DNA of 64,000 nucleotides from Patescibacteria group bacterium. GTDB lineage: Bacteria > Patescibacteriota > Doudnabacteria > UBA920 > O2-02-FULL-48-8. This document shows, one piece after another, positions 10,051 to 17,857 of the stretch. Below the pieces are notes generated by a model. That model saw only the letters and a program-made list of their open reading frames with translations, was not told the DNA's origin and did no database searches. Within the stretch, counting starts at the first letter, position 1. Each line of letters begins with the position of its first letter. Where the stretch lies: contig DASUKB010000002.1 in NCBI GenBank assembly GCA_036278915.1, forward strand, positions 95,162 to 159,161, given 5' to 3'. The position numbers were made by a program, and so were the translations under genes.

Positions 10051-10198
10051 AAAAATGGTATAATAAGTATCCAAAGGCAGTTGTTTTGAAAACAAATCAA
10101 AAATGCCAACGAAGTGCATTTTTGATTTGAGAGGAGCAACGATCGACCGTAGCACAATTGCGGTTGCAATTTGCGAAGTGTCGATCAGTTGCGACGAC

Positions 10199-10273
10199 GC
10201 CTCGGTAGCTCAGTGGTAGAGCGCAGCCCTGAAGAGGCTGGCGTCGTCAGTTCAATTCTGACCCGAGGCACCA
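10199..10273 (+). tRNA. tRNA-Phe (anticodon GAA)
   Basis: Acceptor GCCTCGG/CCGAGGC, anticodon loop CTGAAGA, CCA encoded; preceded by a 150-nt spacer with its own extended -10 (TGGTATAAT at 10057-10065). Confidence 0.85.
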
Positions 10274-10347
10274 GCAGGTATGGTTTAGTGGTAGAACACG
10301 TCCTTGCCAAGGACGATGCGCGGGTTCGATTCCCGCTACCTGCTCCA
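10274..10347 (+). tRNA. tRNA-Gly (anticodon GCC)
   Basis: Acceptor GCAGGTA/TACCTGC, anticodon loop TTGCCAA, CCA encoded. Confidence 0.85.
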
Positions 10348-10353
10348 GAAAAA

Positions 10354-10379
10354 GGACCCGACTTGTTCGGGTCTTTTTT
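10354..10379 (+). terminator. Rho-independent terminator after the tRNA cluster
   Basis: GACCCGA-loop-TCGGGTC plus T6. Confidence 0.8.
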
Positions 10380-10436
10380 CTTGGAGATAGAAATTTGGTA
10401 TTAGCGGGAGCAGAAAATATTTGTTATAGTGCAGGT

Positions 10437-11663
10437 ATGGATTCTACGTCTGACACAAAAAATATTCAAACCGATTGCTGTATCGCTGGCGGCGGTCCGG
10501 CCGGCATTATGCTCGGCTTTTTACTGGTTCGAGCCGGAGTGGACGTCACTATTTTAGAAAAATGGCCGGATTTTTTTCGCGATTTCCGCGGCGATACCAT
10601 CCATCCTTCCACTATGGATATTTTAAATGAGCTGGGATTGTTGGATGAATTTTTGAAATTGCCGCACCAGGAAATCCCGCGTGTGGTCGCGGCCATTGGC
10701 GACCAGGAAATCACCATCGCGGATTTTGAGCACCTGCACGTGCGCTGTCCGTTTTTGGGATTTATGCCGCAATGGGACTTTTTGAACTTTATCGCAGAGT
10801 ATGGCCGCAAATTTTCCAACTTCCACCTGCTTATGGAAACCGAAGCCCTGGATTTAATTTATGAAAATGGCAAAGCCACAGGTTTAACCGCGCGCAATTC
10901 ATCGGGTACGTTTGATATCCGTGCCAAGCTTGTGGTGGGCGCAGACGGTCGGCACTCGGTGGTCCGTGAAAAATCCCATTTACCTAACCAAAGTTTGGGT
11001 GCGCCCATGGATGTGCTCTGGTTCCGCATCTCGCGCAAAAAATCCGACCCAGTGCCCGTGTTGGGAAGGCTTGAGCGCGGCGAGATGATGATTATGATTG
11101 ACCGCGATGACTATTGGCAGTGCGGGTTTATAATCCCCAAAGGAAATTTTGAGCAAACAAAACAGCAAGGTTTGGGTTCCCTGCATACCAGAATTTTGGA
11201 TCTGGCTCCGTTTTTGGAAAGCCGGTCTCAGGAAATTTCCGATTGGTCACAAGTCAAATTATTGAGCGTCGCCGTGGAGAGGCTTAGCCAGTGGTACCAG
11301 GACGGACTTATTTGCATTGGCGATGCCGCGCATGCCATGTCGCCTATCGGCGGCGTCGGCATTAATTTGGCCATTCAGGATGCGGTTGCCGCAGCTAATA
11401 TTCTCATCCCAGCTTTCCGGCGCGGTGGCCCGAAACTATCAGACTTGCAGGCTATCCAGAAACGTCGGCAACTGCCTACCAAAATTATCCAGCGCATGCA
11501 GATTTATATCCAAAACCATCTCATATACCACGTCGTGGCCGGCGACCTCAAACTTCAAGTCCCCTGGTTTCTTAAACTTTTATCTCGCTTCCCTGCGCTG
11601 CGTAGGATTCCGGCGCGCATGATCGGCGTAGGCTTCCGGCCTGAACACGTAACGCAAAAATAA
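10437..11663 (+). CDS. FAD-dependent monooxygenase/oxidoreductase (UbiH/aromatic hydroxylase-like)
   Basis: GGGPAG dinucleotide-binding motif at the N-terminus and GDAAH motif; start taken at MDSTSD. Confidence 0.7.
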   Translation: MDSTSDTKNIQTDCCIAGGGPAGIMLGFLLVRAGVDVTILEKWPDFFRDFRGDTIHPSTMDILNELGLLDEFLKLPHQEIPRVVAAIGDQEITIADFEHLHVRCPFLGFMPQWDFLNFIAEYGRKFSNFHLLMETEALDLIYENGKATGLTARNSSGTFDIRAKLVVGADGRHSVVREKSHLPNQSLGAPMDVLWFRISRKKSDPVPVLGRLERGEMMIMIDRDDYWQCGFIIPKGNFEQTKQQGLGSLHTRILDLAPFLESRSQEISDWSQVKLLSVAVERLSQWYQDGLICIGDAAHAMSPIGGVGINLAIQDAVAAANILIPAFRRGGPKLSDLQAIQKRRQLPTKIIQRMQIYIQNHLIYHVVAGDLKLQVPWFLKLLSRFPALRRIPARMIGVGFRPEHVTQK

Positions 11664-11690
11664 AACCCCGCAAGCTGCGGGGTTTTATTT
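11663..11690. terminator. Bidirectional rho-independent terminator
   Basis: AAAACCCCGCAAGCTGCGGGGTTTT palindrome between convergent genes. Confidence 0.8.
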
Positions 11691-12045
11691 AGGTCATAGT
11701 CTGCATTGTGCGGTTGGAGGTAAGCGCGCTGGTAAGTCCGAACACAGCGACGATGATTCCCAAAATGACACTGTTGGTCACCACCGCGGAAACGGCGCCA
11801 TGTCCCAAACTGAACGGCGCAATGATCATCCAAAGCCCAAGCAGGAAGTTAATCCATGAAGCCCAGGCCGAATTGGGGGTGCTCATACGGATGATCGCAA
11901 GGATTCCGATAATGATCCCTAAAATCACGGAGTTGGTCGCTGACACGCCCAATCCCGAGTAATTTAAAATAAACGGTGAAATGATCAGCCATATGCCCGC
12001 AAGCAGGTTAATGGTACTTGCGGTATTGGTTGTTGCTCTTGCCAT
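11689..12045 (-). CDS. SPW-repeat-like membrane protein (internal tandem duplication)
   Basis: Two ~40-aa repeats (INLLAGIWLIISPF... and INFLLGLWMIIAPF...) forming 4 TM helices; start taken at MARATT. Confidence 0.5.
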   Translation of the reverse strand: MARATTNTASTINLLAGIWLIISPFILNYSGLGVSATNSVILGIIIGILAIIRMSTPNSAWASWINFLLGLWMIIAPFSLGHGAVSAVVTNSVILGIIVAVFGLTSALTSNRTMQTMT

Positions 12046-12143
12046 AAATATCACCCCCTTCTGATACCAGTCTAAACGAATAGCCCTATTTCTCAAGTGG
12101 CAAATTGAACAGTTTTTCGGAACTTCCGAGCGGCTTTTTTGGT

Positions 12144-12932
12144 TCAGAATGTACGTGTCCGGCCGACTATCATTTTAACGGCGTTGGATTTAACTTCAAC
12201 CTGCAAAGGTGTCGTGCCAAATTCGATTCCTCCCGTGAGGATGGGCATATTTGCAGGCGCGGTAATTTCTAGGGATCTGAGATGTAATACAGTGGCTCCG
12301 GGAATATGTTCCAGCTGTCCGGATTGCAATTCGCCTCGGTGCCTAAACTCCTCCCAACGTGAAAGCCGAGGCACCAGCACAACATCGAGTAGGCCGTCCG
12401 TGGGTAACCCCAAACCCTCATGCGCCTGCGTTTGGCAGTTGACGATTGTGCCGCCGAGCACGTCTGATGATTGGACCCGTAATCCCGGGCTTTGGATTTG
12501 AACTTCAAAAGTCTCTCGGTTTGGGAGAAACCCAAATGACAGCTTCGTCAGGAAATTTTTTCCATTAGCCTTGGCCAAATCCAATTCCTCAACTCGGCGC
12601 AGGGCCAAAGCCTTGCACGCGCCGGCTACATCCGGCAGTCCTAAACCTTGGGCTAGTTCTGATTTTACCAGCGGAATGTAACCGACCGAAACCGGTCTTT
12701 CGCCGACAGAGTTTATAACGTCATCCAGTGTCCGGTCTGAACCGGCCGCGACTATGGTTTTGGCCTGATGAAAAAACGCGGTCTCAACCAGCTGTCGCAC
12801 GGTCCGGATGCCGGTGATCCGCACAATTTCACCGCTGATGTGGTAATCGGAAATACAAGAGTGCAGCTCGTGCTGCACTTTTTCGTATTGCCGCTGGCTT
12901 AATCCGCAAGAATCGACAATGTAATAGTACAT
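12144..12932 (-). CDS. Diacylglycerol/lipid kinase catalytic-domain family protein (YegS-like) with degenerate GGDGT motif
   Basis: VAAGSDRTLDDVINSV aligns to the GGDGT(V/L)NEVVNGL region of DAGK_cat proteins. Confidence 0.5.
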   Translation of the reverse strand: MYYYIVDSCGLSQRQYEKVQHELHSCISDYHISGEIVRITGIRTVRQLVETAFFHQAKTIVAAGSDRTLDDVINSVGERPVSVGYIPLVKSELAQGLGLPDVAGACKALALRRVEELDLAKANGKNFLTKLSFGFLPNRETFEVQIQSPGLRVQSSDVLGGTIVNCQTQAHEGLGLPTDGLLDVVLVPRLSRWEEFRHRGELQSGQLEHIPGATVLHLRSLEITAPANMPILTGGIEFGTTPLQVEVKSNAVKMIVGRTRTF

Positions 12933-12935
12933 GCT

Positions 12936-13304
12936 TCAAACATTAGAACCTTCTAATTTTTGGGCTTCATTTTTTGGTTCCCGCATCTGGCAGTTCCCTA
13001 CAAAATACCCGCCTTCGTGAATGACAATGCGGGTGCAAGTGATGTTGCCTAAAACTTTTCCGGTTTCAAATATCTCCAGAGAATTTTTGACAGTGACATT
13101 GCCTTTGACCACGCCGGCTATGTAGGCGCTTTGTGCCATTAAATCGGCTTCAACTTGCGCCGCAGGGCCGACGTGAATATTTTGCGCTGCTTGCACGCGT
13201 CCACTCACGGTACCATCCAGGCGCACCGTGCCGCTTGATTTCAGTTCGCCTTCCACGCGCATGCCTTGGGCGATGATTGTTTCTAAGGACTCGTTTTTAG
13301 CCAT
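12936..13304 (-). CDS. Bactofilin family polymer-forming cytoskeletal protein
   Basis: Beta-helical repeat pattern (VRLDGTVSGRV..., VKGNVTVKNSLEI..., ITCTRIVIHEGG) typical of the DUF583/bactofilin family. Confidence 0.75.
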   Translation of the reverse strand: MAKNESLETIIAQGMRVEGELKSSGTVRLDGTVSGRVQAAQNIHVGPAAQVEADLMAQSAYIAGVVKGNVTVKNSLEIFETGKVLGNITCTRIVIHEGGYFVGNCQMREPKNEAQKLEGSNV

Positions 13305-13800
13305 TGGCAGCCTCCGAGAGTGCTTTGGTTTCCTCGTCAGTCAGTTTGACGCGGGATTTGCCGGCTTGGATCTCTTTGGAATAGACGCGCGACTCTCCAC
13401 GGCTGTGGAGGACTGTAATCACAAACCCGTTGAGATGGTTGTTGAGCACGGCGAGCGAGAAACTTAAATTCCCCGCTTCCCCGAACTGCGAATACCGTAC
13501 GAATCCCATGCGCTGGAAATTTTTTTCGTTACTGGTTCGCAAAGATTCGGTCTGGTTATTGAGGTCAACCGCCGCCGCATTGAGTTTTTTTAATTCCTCG
13601 TCGTGCTCGGCCATTAAGAATTCTAAATTTCGCTTCATGCCTTGGGAATAAAAATGCCGGCGCACGGAATCAAGCTTTTGAATTCGGAAAAATTGCCAGA
13701 TGACCACTATCAGCAGCAGTAGGCTCAATCCTAAATTGGCGTACAATATATTTTCGGTTGTCATTAAGCACATTATAATGCTTTGGCCGGGCTTGGACAA
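13297..13800 (-). CDS. Membrane-anchored coiled-coil protein (possibly DUF4446-like); start ambiguous
   Basis: N-terminal TM helix plus coiled-coil segment; 8-nt overlap with the bactofilin gene suggests an operon. Confidence 0.4.
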   Translation of the reverse strand: MSKPGQSIIMCLMTTENILYANLGLSLLLLIVVIWQFFRIQKLDSVRRHFYSQGMKRNLEFLMAEHDEELKKLNAAAVDLNNQTESLRTSNEKNFQRMGFVRYSQFGEAGNLSFSLAVLNNHLNGFVITVLHSRGESRVYSKEIQAGKSRVKLTDEETKALSEAANG

Positions 13801-14030
13801 TCCCCGGCTTTTTGATATACTGACCGCACTTAAACCAATTCACATGCCCAAAAATATTTCTATATCCGCTGAATCTGACGCGCAGGAATATCGCCAGGTC
13901 CGCCGCGACCTGATATTTGTAATCGTCATGAACATTATATTCTTCGGCGTCTTGCTCGGACTATATTTCTATAATCGTTCCACCGGATCCGTGGATTCAT
14001 TCTTCTCCCACCTCCTGAAATTCTAAATCG

Positions 14031-14217
14031 GGGCCCGTAGTAAAGTGCTACACGGCATTCGCACTCGCCTGCCTTACTTGTGGCGGGGATATAGTAAAGT
14101 GGCATTACGCCGCATTCGCATTGCGGAGGCGAGAGTTCGATTCTCTCTATCTCCACCAGAAGTAAGGTCGGGGGCAGGTCGCAGAGGCGGGAGTTCGATT
14201 CTCCACGGGTCCACCAG
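14031..14217 (+). other. Composite tRNA-Ala locus: 5' fragment of an Ala-like tRNA (14031-14069), complementary arm, intact tRNA-Ala(CGC), complementary arm, 3' fragment with T-arm and CCA (14179-14217)
   Basis: Outer ends GGGCCCG...CGGGTCC-A-CCA can pair as an acceptor stem with G3:U70; arms CCTGCCTTACTT and AAGTAAGG..GGCAGG are complementary. Confidence 0.6.
14085..14158 (+). tRNA. tRNA-Ala (anticodon CGC), intact inner copy
   Basis: Acceptor GGGGATA/TATCTCC with G3:U70, anticodon loop TTCGCAT, T-arm GAGAGTTCGATTCTCTC, CCA encoded. Confidence 0.8.
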
Positions 14218-14221
14218 AAAA

Positions 14222-14326
14222 GCTCGGACATCAGTTTTTTTCGGACACGTCCCGCTTGGCGCGGGACTAAATGCTCGGCCATTGGAATGGCCTCGCAGTT
14301 GTCCTCAAAAAACTGCTGTCCTCGCT
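14222..14326. repeat. Left copy of a ~105-bp inverted repeat (IR-L) starting 5 nt after a tRNA CCA end
   Basis: Reverse complement matches 17440-17543 with ~3 mismatches; contains internal palindromes GTCCCGC-TTGGC-GCGGGAC and GGCCATT-GG-AATGGCC. Confidence 0.9.
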
Positions 14327-14349
14327 CAAAAAATTAGTTATCTGTTTTC

Positions 14350-14375
14350 AAAAAACCGCCAGAAGGCGGTTTTTA
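14350..14375. terminator. Bidirectional rho-independent terminator at the 3' end of the Mur ligase gene
   Basis: AAAAAACCGCC-AGAA-GGCGGTTTTT. Confidence 0.8.
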
Positions 14376-15701
14376 AGTTTGCACTAATTTATGTAATTCT
14401 TCGCGTACAATAGTTCGTTCGTCCCAGGGTATCGCACCGTTTTTCGTCATCATGGTCTGCTCTGCTCCTTTGCCTGCAATGATTAGGACATCCCCCGCTT
14501 TTGCCAGCGATAGGGCCTTGGCAATGCCGCCGCGGCGATCCGGATTGCGGAATAGTGTTTGCCCGATGATTTTGCCGTGCGCTACGGCCGCGTCTGCTAT
14601 TTCGTGAATTATATCCTGCGGATTATCATCGTAGGGGTCTTCGTTAGTGACCACAACGAGATCCGATTTTTTGGCGGCGGTTTCGCCCATTTGCGCTCGT
14701 TTGGCGCGGTCGCGTCCCCCGCCCTGGCCGCCGGTGACTAGGATAACGCGATTTGTCCCTGCAATTTTTCTGGCTGCATCAAGTACGGTGTTTAGGCTTA
14801 AATTTTCGTGAGCATAGTCCACGATCACCGTGAAATTCTGACCTTCGTCGATTTTTTCCATGCGACCAGGAATTATTTTTACATTGGAAATCCCTGTCCT
14901 GGTGGCATCTCCTTGAAGTTTAAGCGTTTCAGCCAAAGCCAAAGCTGGCAGCGCGTTGTAGACATTAAATTTTCCGAGCACCGAGAGATGCGCTGGTTTA
15001 TTTTTTACATCAAAATCCACACCCTCCGAGGTTTCCCGAATATTTTCCGCAACGATGTCCGCTTTTGGATTTAAGCCGTAAGTAATTTTCAAATCAGCTG
15101 GAAAATTGTAAAAGAATTCTTTGCGGGGATCGTCGTAATTTATAATACTCACCCGCTTTACGTACTTGCCATTCAGTTGTTTGGCGTTTTCCATGAGCGA
15201 TGCAAACAATTTGCCCTTGGTCTGTTTGTAATTGTCAAAACTTCCGCCGTGCGATTCCAAATGTTCGGGTGAAAGATTTGTAAACACCGCACAATCAAAG
15301 ATAATTCCCACGTGGCGGTACATCAGAATCCCCTCGCTCGTTACCTCAAGCACCGCGTGCGTACAGCCGGAGTGAACCATTTCCGAAAGCATCTTCTGCA
15401 GCCGGAACGGCCCGGGCATGGTCATATGCATATTATTGAGCAGTTCCCTGTCCCCTAACTTTAGATTTGCTGTGCCAATTTGTCCTGTTTTGAATCCGGC
15501 AGCCGTGAGTACGCTCCAAATGAAATTCGCAGATGACGTTTTACCTTTTGTGCCGGTAATCCCAATGACGTACATTTTCCTGGACGGATTGCCATACAGT
15601 ATGCAGGCCGCTCGCGCCAACAAATAATGGTAGGTCTGAAGCACAAACTTTGGCGTCAGCTTTCTGATGATTTTTTTTAATTTATGCAATGTGTTCATCA
15701 A
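14373..15701 (-). CDS. Mur ligase family protein (MurE-like)
   Basis: GITGTKGKTS P-loop of Mur ligases, DYAHE motif, C-terminal Mur ligase domain; lies inside the IR-bounded cassette. Confidence 0.7.
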   Translation of the reverse strand: MMNTLHKLKKIIRKLTPKFVLQTYHYLLARAACILYGNPSRKMYVIGITGTKGKTSSANFIWSVLTAAGFKTGQIGTANLKLGDRELLNNMHMTMPGPFRLQKMLSEMVHSGCTHAVLEVTSEGILMYRHVGIIFDCAVFTNLSPEHLESHGGSFDNYKQTKGKLFASLMENAKQLNGKYVKRVSIINYDDPRKEFFYNFPADLKITYGLNPKADIVAENIRETSEGVDFDVKNKPAHLSVLGKFNVYNALPALALAETLKLQGDATRTGISNVKIIPGRMEKIDEGQNFTVIVDYAHENLSLNTVLDAARKIAGTNRVILVTGGQGGGRDRAKRAQMGETAAKKSDLVVVTNEDPYDDNPQDIIHEIADAAVAHGKIIGQTLFRNPDRRGGIAKALSLAKAGDVLIIAGKGAEQTMMTKNGAIPWDERTIVREELHKLVQT

Positions 15702-16998
15702 AGTCGCGATATCCGGCTATAAGGCCCAAACTTAAGAAGAAAAGTAATTGTCCCTGCTGAATTGTAACAAGAAAATGGTCAAACAGCGACATAATCAGCA
15801 AACTGCCGCCTAAAATTAATAATGTGAAACGCAAAAGCGTCGGCGAAGAAGCTGCCAGCCGAACTGCAATGACAATCAAATAGCTTAAGAACAATATCAA
15901 TCCCAAAATTCCCATGCTGGCTGCAATGTAAATAAAAATATTATGCGGTGGCTGATAATCCCAAGGTTGCATGTTAAACTTGGTAACCATGGTTTGGATG
16001 TAATTGCCTAAACCTGTACCCCATGGGTGATTTCGTAAAATCTGTAATCCAATATTGTTGTAGGTCCCGCGATCTATATATGAATTCGTACTGGAGATAT
16101 TGGAAACTCGGCCAAATAGCAAGTTGTGCCAGGAGACAAGGATTATGAAACAAGAAATTACAGCAGAAGTTATTATTTGCACATAAATTCTCCATTTTGT
16201 CAAGGAAAAGTTATAAATTATATAAATTAGGGTTGTCAGAGCTGCAATTAGCCAAGACACTCGTGAAAAGCTTAGAAATATTCCCACGATAAGTAAAATG
16301 CTTCCAATCCCCAATAAAATACGGGTGTTTTGGTTTGTTTCACGTGAGACATACCAATATCCCATAATTAAACTCAAGCATAAAAATGCGCCGAATATAT
16401 TGGGATGGGGGAATGTACCGTAGGCTCGAATGACTTTACCACCCATAAAATCCAAAGTAGCTAATCCGCCTGTTCCCAAAGGAGCAATATATTCGCCTAA
16501 GAGACGCAATCCGATATCGTGTTGCATATGAAACTGGATTATTCCAAGTACAGCTTGAAAAATTCCAGATAGATACAATATGCCAGCTGTAATTCGGAAG
16601 AACATAAGATTTCGGAACGTACTGGCCACATAAAAGACCAGAAATATAAACTCAACCAGTTTAAATAAGCTATAAACTTCAAAAAAACTGTGTTGCACAT
16701 GCAACCAGCCAATTAATGATGTGAATATTAAGCCTAATGTAAGCCAAAAGATGGGATTACGTAAGTTTAACGTTGTTTTAAAAGTTTTTATGTTTTCCAC
16801 AAGAAACGCTACGAAACAGCAGATCAATAAAAGATCAGAAATATATAAGAAAATTGCCAAGTACGAAGAAAAATAGCCGTGAATGTAAGCTGATTCTGGT
16901 TGGTAGATTACACGCAGGTTAAAAGGAATGGTTATTAGAAAAGCCCAAAAAAATATCTGATTAATTTTTTGAGCTTTAATAATTGACAAAATAGACAT
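15682..16998 (-). CDS. O-antigen ligase/polymerase (Wzy_C/WaaL) family membrane protein
   Basis: ~11-12 predicted TM helices with a large periplasmic loop; markedly AT-rich (~33% GC) versus ~48% in surrounding genes. Confidence 0.55.
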   Translation of the reverse strand: MSILSIIKAQKINQIFFWAFLITIPFNLRVIYQPESAYIHGYFSSYLAIFLYISDLLLICCFVAFLVENIKTFKTTLNLRNPIFWLTLGLIFTSLIGWLHVQHSFFEVYSLFKLVEFIFLVFYVASTFRNLMFFRITAGILYLSGIFQAVLGIIQFHMQHDIGLRLLGEYIAPLGTGGLATLDFMGGKVIRAYGTFPHPNIFGAFLCLSLIMGYWYVSRETNQNTRILLGIGSILLIVGIFLSFSRVSWLIAALTTLIYIIYNFSLTKWRIYVQIITSAVISCFIILVSWHNLLFGRVSNISSTNSYIDRGTYNNIGLQILRNHPWGTGLGNYIQTMVTKFNMQPWDYQPPHNIFIYIAASMGILGLILFLSYLIVIAVRLAASSPTLLRFTLLILGGSLLIMSLFDHFLVTIQQGQLLFFLSLGLIAGYRDFDEHIA

Positions 16999-17095
16999 AT
17001 TTATGTTCTAATTTGAAAATTAATCATGAATGGTTGTGAATTTAAGATTTATGCTGTATTATAAGGTTCATTTCCATAGGAGGAGGTGATAAAAA

Positions 17096-17326
17096 GTGGG
17101 TAGTTTACGTCGTTGTACGGAGTTGAAAGACTTGGGTGCAATTTTGCTAAGCGAAAGTGTTGCAAGCAAGACCGAGACAGAACATCTTGCGGATCGGATC
17201 CGCGCCTGGATTGGTGAAGCTTCGGCTAATAGCTGTGCGCAAGCAGGACCGTTTGCAATTGCCATAAGGTCTCTAATGGTGGCATTGCGGCAGAAAGCTG
17301 AAGAGTTGTCCAAGCCGGAGGCGTGA
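17096..17326 (+). CDS. Small hypothetical protein (76 aa) with strong SD (AGGAGGTG), GTG start
   Basis: ORF preceded by AGGAGG 11 nt upstream; followed by a terminator at 17348-17388. Confidence 0.4.
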   Translation: MGSLRRCTELKDLGAILLSESVASKTETEHLADRIRAWIGEASANSCAQAGPFAIAIRSLMVALRQKAEELSKPEA

Positions 17327-17347
17327 TGTCCCACCACCAATTTCGGT

Positions 17348-17388
17348 AACGCCAGTGTTTTGTTTACAAGCACTGGCGTCTTTATTTT
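17348..17388 (+). terminator. Rho-independent terminator
   Basis: CGCCAGTG-loop-CACTGGCG followed by a T-rich tail. Confidence 0.7.
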
Positions 17389-17439
17389 GCCAACTTTTTA
17401 TTAGCGAGAGACAGATATTTTTGAGGATAAGATTCTTAA

Positions 17440-17543
17440 GCGAGGACAGCAGTTTTTTGAGGACAACTGCGAGGTCTTTCCAATGGCCGAGCATTTAGTC
17501 CCGCGGCAAGCGGGACGTGTCCGAAAAAAACTGATGTCCGAGC
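17440..17543. repeat. Right copy of the ~105-bp inverted repeat (IR-R)
   Basis: Reverse complement of 14222-14326; followed after 6 nt by a tRNA-Pro 3'-end fragment in inverted orientation. Confidence 0.9.
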
Positions 17544-17549
17544 GTTCTC

Positions 17550-17568
17550 TGGTCGGGGTGCTGGGAAT
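17550..17568 (-). repeat. 19-nt duplicate of the tRNA-Pro 3' end (TGGTCGGGGTGCTGGGAAT), direct repeat with 17697-17715
   Basis: Exact 19-nt match covering CCA, the acceptor 3' strand and part of the T-arm. Confidence 0.85.
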
Positions 17569-17696
17569 CTCATTCGCCGCTTATGCGGCTCTTCCAGGGC
17601 AACGTCAAAACGTTCACTGAACGTTTTGCCGACGTTCGGCTGCGGCTTAAGCCTTGCCTCACTTATGCCCGTTCAATTCCCAGAACATTGGATTTT

Positions 17697-17770
17697 TGGT
17701 CGGGGTGCTGGGAATTGAACCCAGTCTACACGAACCCGAATCGTGCGTACTACCGGTATACGACACCCCG
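17697..17770 (-). tRNA. tRNA-Pro (anticodon CGG)
   Basis: Reverse complement reads CGGGGTG...anticodon loop TTCGGGT...T-arm CTGGGTTCAATTCCCAG...CACCCCG-A-CCA. Confidence 0.8.
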
Positions 17771-17809
17771 TGGTCATCGCAGACATTATATTATTTTTTG
17801 ACACAAAAG

Positions 17810-17834
17810 AAAACCGCCTTATCAGCGGTTTTTT
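17810..17834 (-). terminator. Rho-independent terminator downstream of gene 17858..18367
   Basis: AAAACCGCC-TTATCA-GCGGTTTTTT. Confidence 0.75.
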
Positions 17835-17857
17835 GGACTCTGATTATTTACTGTTCA

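Noticed and set aside
13935-14282. 115-aa minus-strand ORF (...WWTRGESNSRL...) and 122-aa plus-strand ORF 14045-14413 across the tRNA-Ala locus
   Set aside because: They translate across tRNA genes and the IR; WWTRGESNS is the characteristic back-translation of a TTCGAATCC T-arm plus CCA, not a real protein.
14373-16998. Calling the cassette genes murE and waaL outright
   Set aside because: The Mur ligase motifs are clear but the substrate specificity (MurE, MurF, CapB-like or other) cannot be decided by eye. The membrane protein has the Wzy_C/O-antigen ligase topology but no diagnostic catalytic residues could be verified. Left as family-level calls.
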